From assembly GCA_030587475.2 (NCBI GenBank), contig JAUQYZ020000210.1, forward strand, positions 1 to 23,217: a stretch of DNA of 23,217 nt, written 5' to 3'. The stretch's first letter is position 1; every line of letters starts with the position of its first letter. Source of the stretch: Candidatus Sigynarchaeum calidifontis (GTDB taxonomy: Archaea > Asgardarchaeota > Lokiarchaeia > Sigyniarchaeales > Sigyniarchaeaceae). The notes beneath the pieces are model-generated. The model was not told the origin of the DNA. It saw only the letters and a list, made by a program, of their open reading frames with translations, and did not search any database. This document shows positions 16,349 through 23,217 of the stretch, in pieces. Both the position numbers and the translations under genes were made by a program.

Positions 16349-17755
16349 CTATCGAGCCGATTCCTTCTCGTCCGTGGTGATGCCCGGTGCCGAGAGCTGT
16401 TCGGCAAGATATGGCTTCAATCGCTTGAGCGCGAGCAAGTACGGGCCGATCAACGATAGTTCGATGAAAATGCTCGCGACGAACGGGCTGGTAATGCCGA
16501 TGGTATCGACGAGCCCGCCCCCGAGGATCGGCCCCAGCGAGCCCCCGAGGTTGTTGGCGGCCGATCCCGCCCCGATGACCTTGCCCCGGTGCTTTATCGA
16601 CACGCGGGAGAAGATGTTCGAAAGTACCAGGCTGCTCGCGTTCGCAAATACCATGTCCGCGATGAGGATGGCAGAAAACAGGAATATGTTACGGGTTAGG
16701 AGAATGGCGATGGTTGCCGTGGCGCCGAGCGCGCTGAACAGCGCAATACCCATGTACGGGTTCATCCGGTCTGCGAGCTTTCCAAGCTTCGGCGACGCGA
16801 GCATGGTTAGCACCCCGGCCGGTGCATACGCGATTAGAACGAGGGTCGGGCTGTCGGTGACGAGCCGGAGAAGGTATATCTGCAAGAAAGGCTTCGCCAT
16901 CATGCCGTTGACGGAGCTCAAGAAATAGCTCACGAGGAGCAGCGTGAACCCGAGCAACAATCCCCTTTTTGACTGCGCCGGGGTACTCCCGTTATCTGGA
17001 GGGTTCTTGAGGGTCGTGGCATCGTCGCTCGATTCACCGGCACGCTCGCCATGATGCCTGGATCCGTTGGTCAAGACCCTGCTGGAGTCCCATGTTTCAG
17101 TCGTGTCGGATGCCCGGTAAAAAACGTGCTCGTCGACCCTGCGCGTGAACAGCCAACCACCGATCACGTTACTTGCAAAGTAAAGGAGCATCGGGCTAAA
17201 AAGGAGGGCATCGTTGCCGGGTGTGAACTCGCTAGAAAGGATAAATATCGTGACACCGATTAAACCCCCGATAATTTGCCCGCGTCCAACGGCAGCGTGC
17301 CGCTTTCCGAATGCATACGATCGATCATCTTTATTGGACTTGTTCGAGACAAGCGCATCGAAGGGAACCCAGAAGAAACCGACCAAGAGCCCCAGGATGA
17401 ATGTTCCCACGCTCATGGTCGGTATCGAGCCCAGGAGGATGCCCGCGTACATGACGATATACGACGTCCCCCGCCCGATCGAGCCGATGAGGATCAGCGT
17501 CGTCTTGCGCGTTTTATCGGTCAGGAAACCGACCAACACGGAGGAAATCGCGCTTCCTAAAACAAGGAACGAGAACATCAAGCCAATGCTGAGCCCACTC
17601 CCACCAAGCGTAACACCGGCGTATGGTATCATGAATTCCGTGAAGAAAAAGCCGGCGCTGTTCCAGCTCACGATCGATATCATCGCATCAAAGTCGGGGG
17701 TTACCCTCGGCCCCGTTCTCCCCGCTCGTCCGTTCGGATCCTTTTGCCCGCGCAT
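16349..17755 (-). CDS. MFS transporter
   Basis: 12 TM helices in two halves with a long central loop; motif A-like GFLTDKTRK and GKLADRMNP. Start placed at MRGQK. Confidence 0.92.
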   Translation of the reverse strand: MRGQKDPNGRAGRTGPRVTPDFDAMISIVSWNSAGFFFTEFMIPYAGVTLGGSGLSIGLMFSFLVLGSAISSVLVGFLTDKTRKTTLILIGSIGRGTSYIVMYAGILLGSIPTMSVGTFILGLLVGFFWVPFDALVSNKSNKDDRSYAFGKRHAAVGRGQIIGGLIGVTIFILSSEFTPGNDALLFSPMLLYFASNVIGGWLFTRRVDEHVFYRASDTTETWDSSRVLTNGSRHHGERAGESSDDATTLKNPPDNGSTPAQSKRGLLLGFTLLLVSYFLSSVNGMMAKPFLQIYLLRLVTDSPTLVLIAYAPAGVLTMLASPKLGKLADRMNPYMGIALFSALGATATIAILLTRNIFLFSAILIADMVFANASSLVLSNIFSRVSIKHRGKVIGAGSAANNLGGSLGPILGGGLVDTIGITSPFVASIFIELSLIGPYLLALKRLKPYLAEQLSAPGITTDEKESAR

Positions 17756-17838
17756 GTGCCAGGGAAAGGCAATGAAACGTCTGTAATGAAAAATGCGGGC
17801 CAGGCCTAGGGAGAAATGAATGAATCGCCGATACCCGA

Positions 17839-18912
17839 TCACTTCGTGCTAGGGAGTGGGTACTCGGACTGCACGTCGATCCATCGTCGCTCCCGCGCTG
17901 ATCGTTTCATTCCGAGCAAGATGGCGTGGCTGTTGATGTTATCATGCAAGTCGGTAACAGGTGCCCTGTCTTCCTTGATCGCGTGATGAAAGTCCTCCAA
18001 TAGATATGCGATCTTGTCAAAATCGATGAGGGGAAGGTATTCATCGGCATTATCCCCGTACTTGTCATCAAGGCCGACCGCAGCCGCTTTGCCCTCTTGA
18101 TAGAAGTAGGGCTGTCCCGAGCTGTCCCTAAACAAGCATCCCTTCTCGCCAAACACGTGCACGCGGCCATACCAGCCGACATCGTGCCCCTTGCAGCTCA
18201 TCGACCCGAAATAGGACACGTGGATGTCGTCGTCAAGGATCCACGTGCTCGCCGCGGACGTGCCCGTGATCTGCTTGATCGGGTACGATGGTGGCGTCCA
18301 CGTCGATGCAACGAGCGATTTACATTTTTTATTGCCAGATAGCATGCGTATCGTGTCAATCTGGTGGATCCCGATGTCGTCAAGGAACATGTCAGGTAAC
18401 CGGAATCGCCAGTTCCGCGGGTCGGATGGATCGGCCACCCAGTTCCAGTGCGACTCGAACACGATTTGCTCGACGCGGCCGACGATGCCTTGTTGCAGGT
18501 GGTATTCCATCATGCGCAAGTTCACCTCGCCGCGCAAGGTCTGGCCGACGATGGCTTTCTTGCCCGGGTGCGCGTCAAGGCGATGCACGAGGTCGACCGC
18601 CTGCTCCCAGGTTTCCGTGATGGGTTTTTCCAGGATCAAGTTCAGGCCGGCATCGAGCACCTTGCAAGCCAGCGGGTAATGCATCTCGTTCGGGACCGCC
18701 ACGACCACCGCGTCCAGGTCTTTGCAACCCTCCAGCGCGGCGTCGAGATCCTGGTACAAGTCTTTTTCGGGAACGTTGAACTTCTTGCCCGCCTCGTCGA
18801 GGCTTGCTCTCGTTTTCGCCACGATCCCGGCGATTTCCCAGTTCTTGCTGCGCTTCGCGGCGGACATCCACTCGCTGCCGAAGCGCGTGCCGACCACGAG
18901 TAATCGGTTCAT
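17839..18912 (-). CDS. Gfo/Idh/MocA family oxidoreductase
   Basis: Motifs LLVVGTRFG, VVAVPNEMH, ILEKPI and DDIGIHQID. Confidence 0.92.
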   Translation of the reverse strand: MNRLLVVGTRFGSEWMSAAKRSKNWEIAGIVAKTRASLDEAGKKFNVPEKDLYQDLDAALEGCKDLDAVVVAVPNEMHYPLACKVLDAGLNLILEKPITETWEQAVDLVHRLDAHPGKKAIVGQTLRGEVNLRMMEYHLQQGIVGRVEQIVFESHWNWVADPSDPRNWRFRLPDMFLDDIGIHQIDTIRMLSGNKKCKSLVASTWTPPSYPIKQITGTSAASTWILDDDIHVSYFGSMSCKGHDVGWYGRVHVFGEKGCLFRDSSGQPYFYQEGKAAAVGLDDKYGDNADEYLPLIDFDKIAYLLEDFHHAIKEDRAPVTDLHDNINSHAILLGMKRSARERRWIDVQSEYPLPSTK

Positions 18913-18981
18913 GACCGATCCTCGGCTCCCAGAGTTAAAAAATGATGGCGAGAAACGGGTAATGCTCCCCGTGCCGTCCGG

Positions 18982-20139
18982 TCAGAAGATCGTGAGTAGC
19001 GGGTCGCCATGCAAGGAAACGCCCATGGACTCCGGCTTGTGTGGGCCGTGCAAATCCTCGTAATTCGGGGTCCACCACTGCCTGAATGCATCGCCGAAAC
19101 ATTCTCCCCGCCCGAGCGGGACGTAGAAGAAATGGTTCATGGTCATCCCGCCGTTGTTTTTCGTGGATGCAACGACCGCCAACGTGCTGCCCGAAAAAAG
19201 ATACGAGACAGCGAGGCAATCTGATAGCGTGTATTTGGCCGCCTCGCAGCAATATAGGTTATAGAATAAAGGCTTCGGATTGGCAGCCTGGACCTGGCCA
19301 GATGTGAGATCGTAGGCCGGATGGGAGAAGGTCATGTACGAGACCTCGTGCCACTGCGCGTTGTGGACGGCGTGGCAAAACAAGTGAACGAACTCGTAAG
19401 GAATCGTCGTGATATTGTTAAGGTATGCCGACGCGGTCGTCGGGGTCGCGTTCATGTAGAAGGTGACGTTGGTATAGGCAGTGATGTTATTGATCCAAGG
19501 CGTGTATGCCCACGTGTCCTCCTGGTAGACGAGCATGCTGTGCGGGCGGGACAAGGAACCATTCCGGTAGGCATGCAGCCGGTTGAAGTAATCGTGATAA
19601 AGTTGCACGTTGTAAATCGATAGGGTCTCGGGTCGCAATCGTGAGACCCAGATCTCCGGGAGCATGTCGCCGTGCCCTGCCGCGTGAAGGTCAAGGATCA
19701 AGTCTCCATCCGTGTCGTTCCAGTCACCATCGAGATCCATGAAATAAAGCTCCTGGGGAAACACCTCTCCGGTTCCCGTGTAATTCCGGAGCTGGTAGGG
19801 TTGGTTCCCGACGAGAATGGCTCCCTTTATACCAAGCATGTTATATGCCTGGGTTAGGTTTACCTTCATTTGCGAGGCGTTCGTCCACGAGACATTAAAA
19901 ACGCGCAAATCATAACCATCTGCCTCGACATCTTGCTCGTATTGATTGATATCATTGATGATCTGGCTGTAAGTGTAAGGATCGATGTAGAGATACACGA
20001 TCTTCGGATTAACGGGTGCTGGATTTTGAGGCGGAGACAACACCACGTAAATGGCTAGTGCGGACACGCCGACCACGGCGATGAGCCCGATGGCCGCCGC
20101 GAGCCGTCTCCCTTTCCCCCGTCGTTTCTCAGCTGACAT
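18982..20139 (-). CDS. Membrane-anchored peptidase C25 (gingipain-like) family protein
   Basis: N-terminal TM anchor, GAILVG, YFMDLDGDW.D.DGD, PEIWVSRL, putative catalytic His (FCHA) and Cys (YCCE), and C-terminal GDPLL. Confidence 0.75.
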   Translation of the reverse strand: MSAEKRRGKGRRLAAAIGLIAVVGVSALAIYVVLSPPQNPAPVNPKIVYLYIDPYTYSQIINDINQYEQDVEADGYDLRVFNVSWTNASQMKVNLTQAYNMLGIKGAILVGNQPYQLRNYTGTGEVFPQELYFMDLDGDWNDTDGDLILDLHAAGHGDMLPEIWVSRLRPETLSIYNVQLYHDYFNRLHAYRNGSLSRPHSMLVYQEDTWAYTPWINNITAYTNVTFYMNATPTTASAYLNNITTIPYEFVHLFCHAVHNAQWHEVSYMTFSHPAYDLTSGQVQAANPKPLFYNLYCCEAAKYTLSDCLAVSYLFSGSTLAVVASTKNNGGMTMNHFFYVPLGRGECFGDAFRQWWTPNYEDLHGPHKPESMGVSLHGDPLLTIF

Positions 20140-20295
20140 GTTCAATCTACGAATACCTATCGATTTCGACGATATAAACCCAAGGGGGCACTGAAACTTG
20201 CCATATTACGACTCTCTTTATCTTGCGAGTTCTCGATGTCGATTACCAGGAACAACTTATATCCCCCACGATGCTTTCACGTTCACGAGGAACCC

Positions 20296-20808
20296 ATGAT
20301 TCGCAAGTGTACCTGCGCCGATTTCGAATCTATTTTGGATGTCATCAACGATTCCGCCATCGCTTACAAGGGTCGCATCCCGGACGACTGCTGGCACGAA
20401 CCGTACATGACACGCGAGTACCTCCAGCACGAGATCGACGCGAAGGTCGAGTTTTGGGGGTACGAGGAAGGCATCACTCTCGTGGGCGTCATGGGTATCC
20501 AGGACGTGCAAGATGTCACGTTATTCCGCCACGCATACGTACGGACGGCCTTCCGCAACCAGGGTATCGGCAGCAAGCTCATCGCGCGCCTCGACCAGCT
20601 CGCCCGTCGCCCCGTCATGATCGGGACATGGAAGGCGGCGACCTGGGCGATCCGCTTCTACGAGAAGCACGGCTTCCATCTCGTCGACGAGGACACCAAG
20701 AACATGCTCTTGAAAAAGTACTGGACGATACCCGAGAGACAGATCGACACGTCCGTGGTGCTCGTGCAGAAAAGCAGCAAATACTTGAAATGGCAAGGAT
20801 CCACGTGA
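20296..20808 (+). CDS. GNAT family N-acetyltransferase
   Basis: Acetyl-CoA motif YVRTAFRNQGIGSKL and AIRFYEKHGF. Start placed at MIRKC. Confidence 0.92.
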   Translation: MIRKCTCADFESILDVINDSAIAYKGRIPDDCWHEPYMTREYLQHEIDAKVEFWGYEEGITLVGVMGIQDVQDVTLFRHAYVRTAFRNQGIGSKLIARLDQLARRPVMIGTWKAATWAIRFYEKHGFHLVDEDTKNMLLKKYWTIPERQIDTSVVLVQKSSKYLKWQGST

Positions 20809-21375
20809 TCATGGATTGCCCGCGTTGATTTCATCTATTACTTCAAATATATATCTTAGGCCTTCGCCCGTGCGTGGCATCGAGAGCACCACGTTGATAC
20901 CAGGGATCCTTTTTTTCACGGCGCTCAAGCAGCGTGCGAGGTCGTCGACGAACAGCACCTCGGAAGGATGCAATGGCTCGTCCTGGCACTCGGCGATGTT
21001 GAAGTCGTGGATGATGGCCTCGACCCATGCACCCTTGCGGGAGCAATCTTGCTGATAGTCGCCTTTTTGGGCCATGAACGCGTGCCGGAACAAGGCACCC
21101 ATCTCGAATGCCTCGATCATGAAGGGCGTGTAGTCCGGTTCGGCAGAACTCGCCACGCCAAGCCATATGCCACGCCGGCGCAGCTCGCGCAGCACCTCCT
21201 GGACGTGCGGGAAGGTCCTCTCCACGAAGCCTTTCCGTGAAGGCGGGGCGACCACCACGGGATACCCGGCTTCGTCCCGCTCGAGCACCTCCCACTTGCC
21301 CGTCCCGGCCGAGCGAGGGTCCGGTTCCACGTGGAATAACGTGTCGCCGAAATCGAAGATGACGAGGCGGATCAC
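20809..21375 (-). CDS. HAD-superfamily phosphatase (MDP-1-like)
   Basis: Motif I LVIFDFGDTL, motif II LGVASS and motif IV LFVDD; GTG start with GGAG upstream. Confidence 0.85.
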   Translation of the reverse strand: MIRLVIFDFGDTLFHVEPDPRSAGTGKWEVLERDEAGYPVVVAPPSRKGFVERTFPHVQEVLRELRRRGIWLGVASSAEPDYTPFMIEAFEMGALFRHAFMAQKGDYQQDCSRKGAWVEAIIHDFNIAECQDEPLHPSEVLFVDDLARCLSAVKKRIPGINVVLSMPRTGEGLRYIFEVIDEINAGNP

Positions 21376-21548
21376 GAGCTCCTATAGCACCCCTTTTATT
21401 TTGAGTTGGATACAGGTAGCCGCGTGTGCTGGCAAGTCGACCGCCCGATCTTTTCTATGAACAAAGGATCAACTTGGCGCATTATAATCTTGAGACCACG
21501 GCTTGTTTGGCTTGTCATGATCTGTGCGGGCACTTTGATACAAAAAAA

Positions 21549-22118
21549 TTAGAGATCGTTATCGTCGAGGTCGTCATCGGGGAAAGGAAGTTTTTCGTCC
21601 TTCTTGTCTCTCTTGATCTCGTCGAGGACCTCGTCCTCTTCGTCGTTGTATGCTTCCTTGAGCAGGTCCTCCGTGATTTCTTCATCTTCCTCTTCGACAG
21701 CTTGGATGTTCGTGATCGACGTCTTTTCCTCTACCTTGGCTTTTCTCGGTGTCGATGCCATGGCCGCGGGACTGGCGGGAACCAATTCTGCTACTGGCGT
21801 CGCATCGGCGACAGGCTTGGCCCCGTTGCTCTTTGCTTCCGCTTCGGCCCGTGCTTGCTCCGATTGCTTGTCCCCGGCTTCGCCGTAGAAGGCATCGACG
21901 AGCATCGCGTACACGTCCACGGGATCGGTCAGGGGCCCGGCGTCGTACCTTTCCTCGAGCAAGCAACTGCTGCACTTGATGATCGCGAAGCCGGATCCTT
22001 CCGTGCGCTTGAGCTTCTCGACCTTCATGGTGTTTTGGCCGCAATTAGGGCACGCGAACTGCGTGGGAGCCTTGCGTATCGGCCGGTACGACACGGACTT
22101 CCGTTTTCGTCTACCCAT
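21549..22118 (-). CDS. elf1: Transcription elongation factor Elf1 with a long acidic C-terminal tail
   Basis: MGRRKRK, zinc ribbon FACPNC...CSSC and DPVDVY motif; SD-like GAGGT upstream. Confidence 0.92.
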   Translation of the reverse strand: MGRRKRKSVSYRPIRKAPTQFACPNCGQNTMKVEKLKRTEGSGFAIIKCSSCLLEERYDAGPLTDPVDVYAMLVDAFYGEAGDKQSEQARAEAEAKSNGAKPVADATPVAELVPASPAAMASTPRKAKVEEKTSITNIQAVEEEDEEITEDLLKEAYNDEEDEVLDEIKRDKKDEKLPFPDDDLDDNDL

Positions 22119-22365
22119 TGAAATCTACCTACCTCAGATTGATTCGTTATTATGTTGCACCCGCTGATGACAGTTAAAGATGCATAATAAGGTTTTTTGA
22201 TCATTTCGAGATATCGCATCATTCCAGCCTTCATCGATGGCTCGCTCGATACTGGTTAGAAAGAATTACGGTAACATGTTGAATCCGATGAGGCTTGCAA
22301 GGCGCTAAGCCGAAATGGCAGCGCAAAAAAGGAAATAGATAGATTAAACGATAAATCGTTATATA

Positions 22366-23217
22366 TCAAAGATTATCATCAATTTTGGTAAAATCTCTCT
22401 TGGCAATCATCTTTGCTTGCTCCGGGCTGAGTTCTAACACGAGCACGCGCAAGGCGAGGCCCTTATCGGTCAGGTGCGGGGCGGGTAGCTTTGGATCCAC
22501 CGCGCCGAAATTGATGAGCTGTTGAATCGCAGTTCGACGAATGTCTTGATTTTTAACGGGATCTTCACTGCCGTGAATGATGTAGATCATTGCGCGCACG
22601 ATCGATATGATAGCTGATAATGGCACGTCTTTTCCGAAGATGTCGATTCGAGGTGCGATTATTTCATTGAGGAAATGCGCTTCCAGCCCTTCTGGCGGGC
22701 CATGATACCACCGCATTTTATACATCGACACGTCGCCGGATCGCAAGTCAGATATGATATCGATCTCCTTGCCATCCACTAGGATGGGACTCGCCTCGCG
22801 CAATAACTGGTTCGTCGCGACATCATCTATGATAATGGGCAGGGGCACGATGAACGGCTGGACATTGATGGTTGATGTACTCCCTTTCGCTGGAAAATGT
22901 TCAATCTTCCATTTCGCCGGGGCGCTATCTAGTTGTTGCGCGTTTGCACGCATTAAATCTTCAGCTCGCTCGTTAGCATTAACGGGGATCGGATGAATGG
23001 ATTGTTGGCCTCGAGATGCGGGGGGCGAGAGACCGGCTTTCAAGGAAGATACCTGGGACGTGCTTTTTTCTTGACCCATCTCCCCCTCGATAGGTTTCGA
23101 TGCCGCGGATGGGCGGGAGCTGACCATCAGGCCAGTTCTGGCGGGAATTCCCCTCGCTGTTGGGGGAGAATGCACCTTCGATGCATGTGTATTGTGGGTA
23201 TCGCCCAGAATATCATC
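22366..23217 (-). CDS. Hypothetical protein, C-terminal part (frame open to the window edge)
   Basis: No stop between 23217 and the GTG at 23175. A low-complexity S/P-rich linker precedes a folded-looking C-terminal domain. Confidence 0.65.
   Translation of the reverse strand, partial: DDILGDTHNTHASKVHSPPTARGIPARTGLMVSSRPSAASKPIEGEMGQEKSTSQVSSLKAGLSPPASRGQQSIHPIPVNANERAEDLMRANAQQLDSAPAKWKIEHFPAKGSTSTINVQPFIVPLPIIIDDVATNQLLREASPILVDGKEIDIISDLRSGDVSMYKMRWYHGPPEGLEAHFLNEIIAPRIDIFGKDVPLSAIISIVRAMIYIIHGSEDPVKNQDIRRTAIQQLINFGAVDPKLPAPHLTDKGLALRVLVLELSPEQAKMIAKRDFTKIDDNL

Noticed and set aside
1-23217. CRISPR arrays, transposases, integrases and defence systems
   Set aside because: No regularly spaced repeats or recognisable motifs were seen.

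Overview
GC-rich archaeal DNA, most likely from an Asgard archaeon (Loki/Promethearchaeota-like). This is an inference from an Elf1 gene, a stand-alone longin-like protein next to a 7TM protein, NosD-type beta-helix surface proteins and archaeal TATA boxes. The left end holds a minus-strand trpD-trpC-trpF-trpB operon (trpB runs off the edge), divergent from a non-canonical thiC-family gene. The rest holds an EamA transporter, a membrane-anchored wHTH regulator, an SCP2 protein, two Gfo/Idh/MocA oxidoreductases, two beta-helix surface proteins (one with an in-frame TAA), a membrane-bound GH-like protein, MFS, a C25-like peptidase, GNAT, HAD, elf1 and a partial hypothetical gene. The two most notable signals lie outside the ORF track. 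(1) A short Trp-containing leader ORF (MVLPRTIAWSWRG) sits in mutually exclusive RNA stems upstream of trpD, a candidate ribosome-sensed trp attenuator in an archaeon. (2) A ~190-nt highly structured intergenic element with its own TATA box and U7 end is a candidate novel ncRNA. No CRISPR array, rRNA, tRNA or intact mobile element was seen.
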